DNA of 64,000 nucleotides. Source: Oceanispirochaeta sp. Its GTDB lineage: Bacteria; Spirochaetota; Spirochaetia; DSM-2461. Location: NCBI GenBank assembly GCA_963663385.2, contig CAXXXD010000002.1, positions 1,809,024 to 1,873,023 on the forward strand, written 5' to 3'. The position numbers and the translations under genes were made by a program. Positions 1 to 9,727 of this stretch are shown piece after piece. Under the pieces are notes generated by a model, which did not search any database, was not told the DNA's origin, and was given only the letters and a program-made list of their open reading frames with translations. Each line of letters begins with the position of its first letter. The first letter of the stretch is position 1.

Positions 1-402
1 CTGAAGGATCAGGAAATTAACAAAGCCAAGGAAGTTCTGGCTTATGAGCTTACCAAGATTATTCATGGGGAAGCGGAAGCCAATAAAGCCATGGAAGGCG
101 CCAGAGCGGCTTTCAAAGCCGGAGGAACCCAGGATAAATCCGGTATGCCTTCAGCCGGGATGACCGTATCCGAGTTGGAAGCGGGTATCAATGTTATGGA
201 TCTCTTTGTTCAGTCCGGACTCTGCTCTTCCAAAAGTGATGCCCGACGTCTTGTAAGCCAGAACGGAGCTTCCATCAATGGTGAAAAATACTCGGATGTG
301 GATGCCATAATCGGTGTCGAGGCTATTAACGAAGAGGGCGGAGAAAAAGAGATCGTTCTGAAAGCAGGTAAGAAACGGTTCTTCCGATTTATTGTAAAAT
401 AG
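1..402 (+). CDS. tyrS: Tyrosyl-tRNA synthetase, 3' part (S4 domain); 5' truncated by window
   Basis: Frame open from base 1 (LKDQEINKAKEVLAYELTKIIHGEAEA...); S4-like SKSDARRLVSQNGASING; ends LKAGKKRF. Confidence 0.9.
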   Translation: MKDQEINKAKEVLAYELTKIIHGEAEANKAMEGARAAFKAGGTQDKSGMPSAGMTVSELEAGINVMDLFVQSGLCSSKSDARRLVSQNGASINGEKYSDVDAIIGVEAINEEGGEKEIVLKAGKKRFFRFIVK

Positions 403-440
403 GACTCTATACCGTCTTTGCCATACAAAGGAATTAAGGT

Positions 441-482
441 TAAAAAAAGACCCGCGAGATTTATCCGCGGGTCTGTTTTTTA
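441..482. terminator. Intrinsic terminator, possibly bidirectional
   Basis: agacccgcg-N9-cgcgggtct hairpin flanked by A-run and T-run after tyrS. Confidence 0.75.
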
Positions 483-872
483 AATAGAATTTTTTATTGC
501 CGACTTTTTTCTTATCTTTTATGTTTCTACAAATTCTTTAACTGACAGGATTTTTCTTCCTGAATACAGTCTGACTATAAATCCATATCTATTTCGGCGT
601 CAACAATCAGGACTGTATCCAGGCTTTTCTCTACACAGACTCTACATTCTACACAATGTGTTTATATAATCTCCATCCAGTTAATAATTGTTTAATCCGC
701 AAGTTACTTAATAACTATTTAGTAAAAAAATATCAATAACAGACGAAAATGATTTTTTTTGAATGAAATTTGACTGATGCAAGTGTGTAACATTAAAATT
801 TACAAAGAAAAATAAACCAATGAGGTAAGAGTTAACAAAAAAAAGCTTTAGTAGATAAAAAGGGAGGCATTA

Positions 873-1409
873 ATGGAATTGAAATCGAATAAAATCCCGG
901 AGGAATTCAGGACCGTGATACCAAGAGGTCTGCGACTGGTACACAGGAATGAGCAGGACTTTTTACTGGTCGAGTCAATCTTTTGTCCCCGCGGGCATAA
1001 TCTCCTGGTAGACAGTGTTCATATACACGGAGAACCGTCTATCAAACTGGAGCTTGAAATAAACGGACGAAAAGGACTTGCCTTTATTGATGCGTTCTGG
1101 GGCAGTCATGCCAAACTTTTCAGTTTTCTGCCGGAGTGCGGAGAAGGGACCATGCTTGAGGGGTTCTGTCCCTACTGCCATGCTCCCCTGATAGAGGAGT
1201 ATCACTGCCATGAAGAAGGCTGCGGTTCCCATACGGGACTGGCCCTGCATCTGCCCAACGGAGCCGGACGAGTTATGGTCTGTGCCAGCCTGGGCTGTCC
1301 GGGTCATCTGCTTGATGTCAATTCCCTGTCTCATGAGTTGAGCGAGTCTCTGAGCGGAATTAATTTCTTTGGCGAGGGAACAGAAGATCTGTTCGGAGGT
1401 CTGGGATGA
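873..1409 (+). CDS. Cys/His-rich hypothetical protein, first gene of the oxidoreductase operon
   Basis: GGAGG RBS; motifs CPRGH, CPYC, CHEEGC, CASLGCPGH; ATGA overlap with next gene. Confidence 0.7.
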   Translation: MELKSNKIPEEFRTVIPRGLRLVHRNEQDFLLVESIFCPRGHNLLVDSVHIHGEPSIKLELEINGRKGLAFIDAFWGSHAKLFSFLPECGEGTMLEGFCPYCHAPLIEEYHCHEEGCGSHTGLALHLPNGAGRVMVCASLGCPGHLLDVNSLSHELSESLSGINFFGEGTEDLFGGLG

Positions 1410-1627
1410 ATCGATCTGTAATCACTCCCGATCTGTGCAAGGGATGCCGGGTCTGTGTTAATTCCTGTCCTAATCATTGTTTATCCATAGGATCCGAAAT
1501 AAATAAGCTGGGATATCAGTTTGCCGTTTCCAAATCCAAGGGCTGTACCGCCTGCGGTATCTGCTTCTATGTCTGCCCCGAGCCGGGGGCGATTACTGTA
1601 TATAAAGGGGAGGCGCCGGATGTCTGA
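1406..1627 (+). CDS. 2x[4Fe-4S] ferredoxin, delta subunit of 2-oxoacid:ferredoxin oxidoreductase
   Basis: Two CxxCxxCxxxCP motifs. Confidence 0.92.
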   Translation: MNRSVITPDLCKGCRVCVNSCPNHCLSIGSEINKLGYQFAVSKSKGCTACGICFYVCPEPGAITVYKGEAPDV

Positions 1628-2687
1628 GAAAACCAAAAGATTAATGAAGGGAAACGAAGCTGTTATCCATGGAGCCCTTATGGGCGGAGCTACCCATTTC
1701 TTTGGTTACCCCATTACGCCCGCCAGTGAGATTGCCCATGCGGCAGCCCTGTATTTTACGACTACCGGCAGGCATTTCCTTCAGGCCGAATCGGAAGTGT
1801 CTGTGGTAAATATGCTTTATGGGGCCGCCGGAGCGGGAGCCCGGGTTATGACCGCATCTTCCGGTCCGGGAATGTCCCTGATGGCCGAAGGGCTTTCCTA
1901 TATTGCCGGTGCGGAACTGCCCTGTGTTGTGGTTGATGTGCAGCGGGCCGGCCCGGGACTGGGGAATATCTGGCCGGAGCAGAGTGACTACAATATTACA
2001 GTCAAAGGGGGAGGTCACGGGAATTACCGGAATCTTGTACTGGCACCGAACTCTGTTCAGGAGATGTGTGATTTAACCTATATGGCTTTTGACCTGGCGG
2101 ATAAATACAGGACGGCTGTTATCGTACTGGCAGATGCCTATATAGGACAGATGATGGAACCTGTTGAACTCCCCGATGAGATTCACCATGGGGAACGGAA
2201 AGACTGGGCCTTATACGGAGATAAGGAGAGCCGCGGGAATCTTGTTACTTCCATATTGATGGATCCGGTACTGCAGAGTGATCATAACTGGAAGCTCCAG
2301 AAAAAATATGAACGTATGGCAGAGGAGTGCTGTCTGTGGGAGGAGATTGACTGCGATGATGCGGAAGTTGTAATAACTGCCTATGGTATTACGGCCAGAG
2401 TCTGTCTGTCTGCGGTTCAGATGCTCCGGCAGAAGGGTGTCAAAGCCGGACTGTTCAGACCAAAGACCCTTTTTCCTTTTCCCGAAACGCGTCTGAAGGA
2501 ACTGGCGGGAAAAACCCGGATGATAGTATCGGCTGAGCTTGCTAATGGTCAGCTGTCGGATGATGTGGAAAGGCTTGCTGCCGGAAAGGTTCCTGTATTG
2601 CGCTATCTATGGCTGGGAGGAATTATCCCGTCTGTTCAGGAAGTGACCGAAAAGGTTCTGAAGGATCTGGAAGGAGGCCGGCAGTGA
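1620..2687 (+). CDS. vorB: 2-oxoacid:ferredoxin oxidoreductase alpha subunit (2-ketoisovalerate type, VorB-like)
   Basis: MKGNEA, GYPITPASE, QAESE, TASSGPG motifs; start moved to MSEKTK after GGGGAGG. Confidence 0.88.
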   Translation: MSEKTKRLMKGNEAVIHGALMGGATHFFGYPITPASEIAHAAALYFTTTGRHFLQAESEVSVVNMLYGAAGAGARVMTASSGPGMSLMAEGLSYIAGAELPCVVVDVQRAGPGLGNIWPEQSDYNITVKGGGHGNYRNLVLAPNSVQEMCDLTYMAFDLADKYRTAVIVLADAYIGQMMEPVELPDEIHHGERKDWALYGDKESRGNLVTSILMDPVLQSDHNWKLQKKYERMAEECCLWEEIDCDDAEVVITAYGITARVCLSAVQMLRQKGVKAGLFRPKTLFPFPETRLKELAGKTRMIVSAELANGQLSDDVERLAAGKVPVLRYLWLGGIIPSVQEVTEKVLKDLEGGRQ

Positions 2688-4105
2688 TTGTTCACGAAAA
2701 ACCAAAAGCATTCTATGATACATTTGAGCGGAAAGGAGCAGGGCAGCAGGTAACCCATTACTGTCCCGGCTGCGGTCATGGCACAGCCCACAAACTGATT
2801 GCCGAACTTCTGGTGGATATGGGGATTCAGGATCGCACCATCTTCCTGTCTCCTGTAGGCTGTTCCGTATTTGCCTATTACTATATGGATACGGGAAATA
2901 TACAGTGCGCTCATGGCAGGGCCCCAGCTGTGGGAACCGGTATCCGACGGACTCATAAGGAAGCCATCCTTATCTCTTACCAGGGAGACGGGGATCTGGC
3001 AGCCATCGGCACGGCTGAAATCATTCATGCCGCCAACCGCGGTGAAAATCTGACTGTTTTTTTCATTAACAATGCAATTTATGGTATGACAGGAGGGCAG
3101 ATGGCCCCCACAACCCTGGAAGGCCAGAAAACCCTGACCACACCCCTTGGGCGTTCCGGCGGCAGGGACGGGCACCCCATCGGAATGGCCGAGGTTATGT
3201 CGGCTCTGAAAACTCCGGTTTTTATCGAACGTGTAAGCCTTTCCACACCGGGCAAGGTTCTGAAAGCCCGCAAGGTATTCCGCAAAGCCATTCAGAATCA
3301 GATTGACAAAAAAGGATTCTCCTTTGTGGAAGTCCTTTCTCCCTGTCCCATTAACTGGAAGATGGATCCTGTACAGGCCCGTAAGTGGATGCAGGATTAT
3401 CTGGAACCCCTTTATCCTGTAAAGAACTTCAGGGATGACAGTGAAAAACCGGCGCCTCCTGACGACTCCCTTCCCTGGCTGGATGATAATGAACTGAAAA
3501 AAACACTGCAGCAGGGCGGTTCCCTTCCCAATGTTCACAGGGATACGTATTTTGAAGAGCAGAGGGTTAAAATTGCCGGATTCGGTGGTCAGGGGGTTCT
3601 GTCTGCGGGTACACTCCTGGCGAATATTGCCATTGCAGAAGGACTTAATGCCACATGGCTGCCCTCCTATGGGCCTGAGATGAGGGGCGGAAAGGCTAAT
3701 GCCAGCGTTATTGTATCCCGTGATGTGATCGGTTCTCCAGTTGTGGACTATCCCAATGTTCTTATTGCCCTGAACACGCCGTCACTTCTTTCTTTTGAAA
3801 AAAATGTGATGCCGGGAGGGCTGATTCTGGTTAATTCATCTCTTGTAAATCACAAGGTTGAAAGAGACGATGTACGGACTTTTTACATCCCCGCATCTGA
3901 TATGGCCAAGGAGAGCGGAATTCTGGCCACAGCCAATATCATTCTTCTTACCATTTATCTGAAAATTACAGGTGTAGCTGATCATGAGGTTCTGAAAAAA
4001 GTCCTTCCGGGAAGTGTGAAAAGGAAAGATACGGTTCAACTGAATCTTAAAATGGTGGAAAAGGCATTGGAATACTTTGAGAAGGAAATTAAAGGGAATG
4101 TCTGA
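2684..4105 (+). CDS. 2-oxoacid:ferredoxin oxidoreductase, fused beta (TPP-binding) and gamma subunits
   Basis: YCPGCGH, GDGD...NN TPP motif, then gamma-type IAGFGGQG and PSYGPEMRGG; GTG start overlaps previous TGA. Confidence 0.88.
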   Translation: MIVHEKPKAFYDTFERKGAGQQVTHYCPGCGHGTAHKLIAELLVDMGIQDRTIFLSPVGCSVFAYYYMDTGNIQCAHGRAPAVGTGIRRTHKEAILISYQGDGDLAAIGTAEIIHAANRGENLTVFFINNAIYGMTGGQMAPTTLEGQKTLTTPLGRSGGRDGHPIGMAEVMSALKTPVFIERVSLSTPGKVLKARKVFRKAIQNQIDKKGFSFVEVLSPCPINWKMDPVQARKWMQDYLEPLYPVKNFRDDSEKPAPPDDSLPWLDDNELKKTLQQGGSLPNVHRDTYFEEQRVKIAGFGGQGVLSAGTLLANIAIAEGLNATWLPSYGPEMRGGKANASVIVSRDVIGSPVVDYPNVLIALNTPSLLSFEKNVMPGGLILVNSSLVNHKVERDDVRTFYIPASDMAKESGILATANIILLTIYLKITGVADHEVLKKVLPGSVKRKDTVQLNLKMVEKALEYFEKEIKGNV

Positions 4106-5192
4106 GACATATAGAATTCTGGCTATTAATCCCGGGTCAACTTCGACCAAGCTGGCCCTGTTTGAGGATGAAAATGAGATCCATTCCCTGAATATTACCC
4201 ATCTGGACGATGAACTGGATCTGTTTCCCCTGGTGTCGGATCAGGAAGAGTATCGTTTTAACCTTATCCGTACCATGATGGATAAAACGAATGATAAAGG
4301 TTTTGACCGGCTGGACGCCGTAATCGGCAGAGGAGGGCTGCTGCATCCCATGGAAGGGGGTGTCTACCATGTTAACGAAGCTATGCTGGAGGATTTAAGG
4401 GAGGCCCGCTATGGTGAACATGCCTGTAATCTGGGGGCTGTGCTTGCCCGGAGAATCGGGGACGAACAGAAGGCTAAAGGGAATGTCTGTGAAGTGCTTA
4501 TTGCCGATCCCGTAGTAGTTGATGAACTCTGCCCGGAAGCCCGCTGTTCCGGCCTGCCCGGTCTGGAACGAAAAAGTGTTTTTCATGCGCTGAATCAGAA
4601 ATCAGTTGCCCGAAATGTGGCGGGACAATTGGGTAAACCCTATGAAGAGCTGAACCTGATTGTCGCCCATATGGGGGGGGGCATCTCGGTGGGAGCTCAT
4701 AAAAAGGGGAGGGTTGTCGATGTGAATAATGCTCTGGATGGAGACGGTCCCTTCTCTCCCGAGCGGAGCGGCGGACTTCCGGCGGGGCAGCTGGTAAAAC
4801 TCGCTCTGTCCGGGCAGTACAGTCTGGAAGAGCTGAAAAAGATGATTACAGGGCAGGGCGGAGTAATTGCCTATTGCGGAACGAAAGACATGAGGATGAT
4901 TGAGGAGCGGATCAGGGCAGGAGATACAAGCGCCCGGTTGGTTTTTAATGCCATGTCCTACCAGATATCCCAGGAAATTGCCCGACACGGGGCTACCCTG
5001 GAAGGAGATGTAGACGGAATCATTCTGACGGGAGGTCAGGCAAGAAGCGAGGATCTGGTAGAGGCAATAAAAAAACGTGTATCCTTTCTGGCACCGATCT
5101 ATGTCATTCCGGGAGAACGGGAGATGGCTTCTCTGTCCGGTAATGCTCTGGATGCCCTCAGGGGTCTTCAACCTGTTAAGGAGTACGAATGA
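4098..5192 (+). CDS. buk: Butyrate (branched-chain carboxylate) kinase
   Basis: INPGSTSTK, GRGG, HALNQK, AHMGGGISV, PFSPERSG. Confidence 0.93.
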   Translation: MSETYRILAINPGSTSTKLALFEDENEIHSLNITHLDDELDLFPLVSDQEEYRFNLIRTMMDKTNDKGFDRLDAVIGRGGLLHPMEGGVYHVNEAMLEDLREARYGEHACNLGAVLARRIGDEQKAKGNVCEVLIADPVVVDELCPEARCSGLPGLERKSVFHALNQKSVARNVAGQLGKPYEELNLIVAHMGGGISVGAHKKGRVVDVNNALDGDGPFSPERSGGLPAGQLVKLALSGQYSLEELKKMITGQGGVIAYCGTKDMRMIEERIRAGDTSARLVFNAMSYQISQEIARHGATLEGDVDGIILTGGQARSEDLVEAIKKRVSFLAPIYVIPGEREMASLSGNALDALRGLQPVKEYE

Positions 5193-6073
5193 AAAATCTT
5201 GATGAGATGCTGAGAAGCGATAAAACCGGCCGTGTAGCAATTGTTCAGGCGGATCATGAAGACTCTCTCCGGGCGATGGCAGATGCCCTGCAGAAAAGGA
5301 TGGCGGATTTCATCCTCATAGGGGATTCCGAACGAATACGCCTCAAGGCGGACGAACTTGAAATATCACTGGACGGGGTGGAAATAAGGGAAGCGGAGAG
5401 CGATGAAGAGGCTTCGAACCTGGCTGCTTCTCTGGCCGAAAAAGGTGAAATCGATGTGGTTATGAAAGGTCTGGTTCATACCTCGGTTTTCACAAGGGCT
5501 CTTTTGAATAAAGAGAGAAAGCTGATTTCTCCCGGCGGATTGATCAGTCATACGGGTTTGTTTGATCTTCCGGGATTCCCTCATCCTTTTCTTTTAAGCG
5601 ATGCCGCCATAAATATTCTACCGGACTTCAAACAGAAGGTGGAGATATTAAAAAATGCTATCGGAATCAGCAGGACTCTGGGAGTTAATGCGCCAAAAAC
5701 GGCCTGTATTGCTCCTGTTGAAAAGATCAACCCCAAGATTCTCAGTACCGTAGATGCGGATGCCCTGAGGCAGATGGACTTCGGGCATGCAATTGTTGAT
5801 GGTCCCATGGCGCTTGATGTGGCGCTCTCCGCTGAAGCAGCCCGGATTAAAGGGATAGAAAGTCCTGTCGCCGGGGATCCGGATATCCTGCTCTTCCCCG
5901 AACTCAATTCGGCCAACGGTGTATATAAAGCCCTGTCCTTTATCCCCGGGTGCAGGCATGCGGGGATTCTGGCTGGTTTGAAGGTTCCCGTTGTGCTTAC
6001 TTCCCGCTCCGATTCGGAGGAGACCCGGATGCTGTCCTTAAGGATGGCTTTGAGAAGCAGTACGGGAGAATAG
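5189..6073 (+). CDS. ptb: Phosphate butyryltransferase / phosphate acyltransferase
   Basis: MKGLVHT, DAAINILP, VDGPMALD, PVVLTSRSDS; coupled to buk. Confidence 0.88.
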   Translation: MKNLDEMLRSDKTGRVAIVQADHEDSLRAMADALQKRMADFILIGDSERIRLKADELEISLDGVEIREAESDEEASNLAASLAEKGEIDVVMKGLVHTSVFTRALLNKERKLISPGGLISHTGLFDLPGFPHPFLLSDAAINILPDFKQKVEILKNAIGISRTLGVNAPKTACIAPVEKINPKILSTVDADALRQMDFGHAIVDGPMALDVALSAEAARIKGIESPVAGDPDILLFPELNSANGVYKALSFIPGCRHAGILAGLKVPVVLTSRSDSEETRMLSLRMALRSSTGE

Positions 6074-6144
6074 AACGGATTTCTTTATATTTCATAAAAT
6101 TTATGGAATTGGCGTCAATTGGGGAAAAAGATATAATTAATACT

Positions 6145-7680
6145 ATGAATACAAAATATCAAAACAAATTTAATTATCAGATCCTGTTCTTCCTGATTTC
6201 GGTAGTGATCATATTCACCTCATTATTAATTACCATTGATCGACGTTATATCAATGAGATGATTCTACAGGATTTCAACCACGAACTTGAAAAAACTGCC
6301 AGCTCAATAAATTACGACATCAAGTTAAAATCTGAGCATGTAAAAGCAATGTCAAGTCGGACAATGATTCGACAGGAATTGAATAGATGGTATAACAGGG
6401 ATATCTCGTTAGAGGCTGTTCAGAACTTTACAAGGGATAAATACCGGGATGGTGCGGTAGTTTACGATGATATTATATATGCAGTTCGTTACGATCTTAC
6501 AGGACAGTATATTAGTAGTTTTTCAATAGCAGACTCAACGGAAATAAAACCTGTAACAGAACAAGCTTTGGATATTCAAAAAAATGGAAATGATTTCCTT
6601 TTGTATCTGGAAAATGAAATTGTACATAGTGGGGTTCATATCGGATACGATTGCGCTGCTTTTAAAATACCTTTAAATACTTTTGATAGTACTTTTCTTA
6701 AAAATGTAAATTTTATAAAAAATCCTGTTCCTCAAGAGTATGAAAAGATCAGTATGATTGAAATCGGATGCACAGGTTTTTTTCTCACAGCGGAGATCGA
6801 TGACACAATCAAAACCGGTAGAATCAACCAGCATTATTTTATGATATTGAAATGGATGATTCTTTTTTTTGTTTTACTACTGATTGTTTCGCATATTACC
6901 ATTTTTCATTTCAGCAGAGAACTCATTTCTGTTATTGAAAAACTGCATAATCGGGATGTTCGAAATGAACGGTATTCTGCTATCGCCCAGGTAGGTGCCG
7001 GTTTAGCTCATGATCTGAATAACAAGTTTAATATTATTATAGGGTACACAGAAATATTATTGAAAGGGGATATCTCGGAAGAAATTCAGAAACCTCTTGA
7101 AATTATCCATAAAACCAGCTGGGAAGCTACATCAGTAATAAATAAACTGCATCATTTTACTAGCGGCAGATTCAGTGATATGAGTGATGTCAATGCTGTT
7201 AAGTTTTTTAATAGTATCAATAATAAAATCAATTCGGATTTTGATTTAAAACTGAATACGGACTACCGTATTTCCCATGAACTTGTCCTGCATATTGATA
7301 CCGATCAGCTGGAAGGTGCAATCCATACCCTTGTACAGAACTCATCCGAAGCCAGTGCTTCTATTGTGAATGTCACTCTGGTTCAGAAACGTATAGAAGA
7401 TGATTCAACCTGTATGATCTGCAATAGGCTGATGAAAGGGGATTGGCTGTGTATCAGGATTGAGGATAACGGGGATGGGTTTTGTGAAGATATTGATAAC
7501 CACCGACTACTGGAGCCTTTCTATACAACAAAAGGAGTCCGGCATGCCGGTTTGGGGCTCTCTCTGGTATATGGTGTCGTTCATCAGCATAAGGGGCATA
7601 TTGTTATAAACCGGGTCGTTCCCGCAGGACTGGCTATTGAATTGTTTCTGCCTTTGGGTGGAATGGGTGTAGAAAAGTAG
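6145..7680 (+). CDS. Membrane sensor histidine kinase
   Basis: Two TM segments; H-box LAHDLNN, N-box NSSEA, DNGDG, EPFYTTK, GLGLS. Confidence 0.85.
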   Translation: MNTKYQNKFNYQILFFLISVVIIFTSLLITIDRRYINEMILQDFNHELEKTASSINYDIKLKSEHVKAMSSRTMIRQELNRWYNRDISLEAVQNFTRDKYRDGAVVYDDIIYAVRYDLTGQYISSFSIADSTEIKPVTEQALDIQKNGNDFLLYLENEIVHSGVHIGYDCAAFKIPLNTFDSTFLKNVNFIKNPVPQEYEKISMIEIGCTGFFLTAEIDDTIKTGRINQHYFMILKWMILFFVLLLIVSHITIFHFSRELISVIEKLHNRDVRNERYSAIAQVGAGLAHDLNNKFNIIIGYTEILLKGDISEEIQKPLEIIHKTSWEATSVINKLHHFTSGRFSDMSDVNAVKFFNSINNKINSDFDLKLNTDYRISHELVLHIDTDQLEGAIHTLVQNSSEASASIVNVTLVQKRIEDDSTCMICNRLMKGDWLCIRIEDNGDGFCEDIDNHRLLEPFYTTKGVRHAGLGLSLVYGVVHQHKGHIVINRVVPAGLAIELFLPLGGMGVEK

Positions 7681-7780
7681 ATATATTCGGATATGCATTT
7701 TGTTTTTAAAAGAAGATCGGGATGTAGATTTCCTTCTATTGTCTCAATATGCGCGTTTTATCAAAAAATCAATACATGCA

Positions 7781-7817
7781 TAATCAGTCTTAAAGCATTA
7801 TGTATCAAGACTGATTA
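7781..7817. terminator. Hairpin between convergent genes
   Basis: taatcagtctt ... aagactgatta 11-bp inverted repeat. Confidence 0.45.
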
Positions 7818-7843
7818 GTATTTGTTATTAAGGAAATTGTGAA

Positions 7844-8262
7844 TTATATAATTGATGATAGTTTTTCTATTCTATAATAGAAAACTCTGAAGCTAATTCT
7901 TTTAAAAGCATCTGTTACGGTCCAGTAAAATGAAATGCTTTTGTTTCCTGAAAAATCAAAAAAATCAATAATGTAACCTCGCTTTTTTTCATTTTCGGTC
8001 CACTCAAATAGAATAGGGATACATTTTGGCAGATTTTTTATATGCCCATGTCCCTTCGAATATTTCTGCTTCTCTTTTAATAAGCAAAGTTCCATCTTCT
8101 TTAAATGTAATGAGCTTCCTGCTGAATCGTTAATACCTACCAGTTCTTTATTCTGTATCATGTCAAAATCGATCAGGTTTGAATTCGACTTTGTACTCAT
8201 ACAACCGGTTAAAAAGAGGCAGTAAAATCAGTGATAAAAATAATTTCCTGTATGACTTTTTT
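7844..8262 (-). pseudogene. Decayed lipoprotein gene
   Basis: Upstream of ORF 7844-8200 the frame reads LTGC-MSTK (lipobox); the signal KSYRKLFLSLILLPL lies in another frame after an AAGGAG RBS lacking an ATG. Confidence 0.5.
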
Positions 8263-8766
8263 TCTCCTTGCCTGTTGATACAAGGATATTTTTAAGACTG
8301 CTTTAAATAATTTTTAATTTTAACTTCAGGTAGATAATGGAAATTATCGCTTACGGTTCCGGGAAGTTTTCTTCATGGATATTCATAATGTTTGAAAAAT
8401 ATGGGGTTTTAAAAGAAAATTTAAGATCTTTCTAAAGCATATACCTAAAGAAAAAAGCTTCAGGGTATTTACTGTTGAGGTCCTGTAATATTTGGTTTGC
8501 ATCATCAGTATTACCGAAACGCTTCTTAATTATTTAAAACCAGAAGAATCTACTCATTTATATTTCGTATGTCTGTTCTGTGTCCGGAATAATTCGTCAA
8601 TTCGGGAAAAATACTGTTTTGAATTAATATTCTGGTAAGAAAACTATAACTTTTCCTTTTCTTCTCTATTTTTTTAATGAAGCCATACATTTGAGTCTAT
8701 ATCACCCATGATTTTGAACTGGTTATTCCGGGTAATTAGTTTTGCAATATTACGATTATGGAAATG

Positions 8767-9717
8767 TTATTCTGCGTTTCTAACTAGGCGGATTCCTGTA
8801 GAAAAAATATTCATTGGTCTATAAGTTCCCCTTATAGAGGTTTCAATAGGACCTCCATACCATGATCCACCTCTTATTACTTTAAAATCATGACCGTATC
8901 TTGATTTCTGTTTTACATCTTCAGCATGATCAATTGATGGATTTTCTATTGGTAGCCATTCAAACATTATTTCATCATACCAATCCCAGCACCACTCACT
9001 TGCATTTCCACCCATATCATAAATATCTAATTCATTAGGTATATACTCTCCTACAGGATAAGAGCTTTTAAACTCTTTACCGAAACGTGCAATTTCATTG
9101 GGATCATCACTGCCAGGATATTTAAATCCTTTAGATTGGCGTCCACCTCGTGCTGCATATTCCCATTCGGCATCGGTAGGTAATCTATAACCATTTGCGG
9201 TTTTGTCCCATTTGACAGATATTTCGGTAAATTCTTCATCAGGTAGCTCAGTGATTATATAAGCTGGATTAAATCCATCCTTTAAGCTTGCCCAATTGCA
9301 AAAAATTATGGCATAGTACCAATTCAATCCTTGAGCTGGACAGTCATCAGTTGGAATAGTTTCATAAAAAGGCCCATATCCATCTATATTCCAATCCCAT
9401 GTAAATTTAAGCTTTACATCATTTAAAAAAAGTTTCCATTCATCAACAGTAACCATATAGGAAGACATAAAAAATGAAGAAAGATCTACTCTATGGGGCT
9501 GATTGGTTTTTATATCAGGATTTCCCATAATAAATTCGCCGCCATCAACGAGTACCATTTCAGGTTGATAATACCCTTCTGAAATATTAAAAAGAGGTGT
9601 AGTTGTAGTTTCAGATTCGATCACAGGTTCAGGCTCTTTTTTTTTATCTTCACTCTTTTGGCAAGAAAATGTACAAATAAATAACAGTACTATAAATACA
9701 TTCTTAAATATTTTCAT
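8767..9717 (-). CDS. Lipoprotein with FGE-sulfatase (SUMF1/CLec-fold) domain; candidate immunity protein
   Basis: MKIFK...CTFSC lipobox; PEMVLVDGGEFIMG, YRLPTDAEWEYAARGG, YDMGGNASEWCWDWY, RGGSW, GIRLVR; 10 nt downstream of giant gene. Confidence 0.88.
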   Translation of the reverse strand: MKIFKNVFIVLLFICTFSCQKSEDKKKEPEPVIESETTTTPLFNISEGYYQPEMVLVDGGEFIMGNPDIKTNQPHRVDLSSFFMSSYMVTVDEWKLFLNDVKLKFTWDWNIDGYGPFYETIPTDDCPAQGLNWYYAIIFCNWASLKDGFNPAYIITELPDEEFTEISVKWDKTANGYRLPTDAEWEYAARGGRQSKGFKYPGSDDPNEIARFGKEFKSSYPVGEYIPNELDIYDMGGNASEWCWDWYDEIMFEWLPIENPSIDHAEDVKQKSRYGHDFKVIRGGSWYGGPIETSIRGTYRPMNIFSTGIRLVRNAE

Positions 9718-9727
9718 TTTGATTCCC

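Noticed and set aside
5950..6144. N-terminal extension of the histidine kinase ORF
   Set aside because: Overlaps ptb in another frame; ATG 6145 just before the first TM is more plausible.
8767..8900. Diversity-generating retroelement variable region in the FGE/CLec lipoprotein
   Set aside because: No reverse transcriptase and no template-repeat copy seen in the window.
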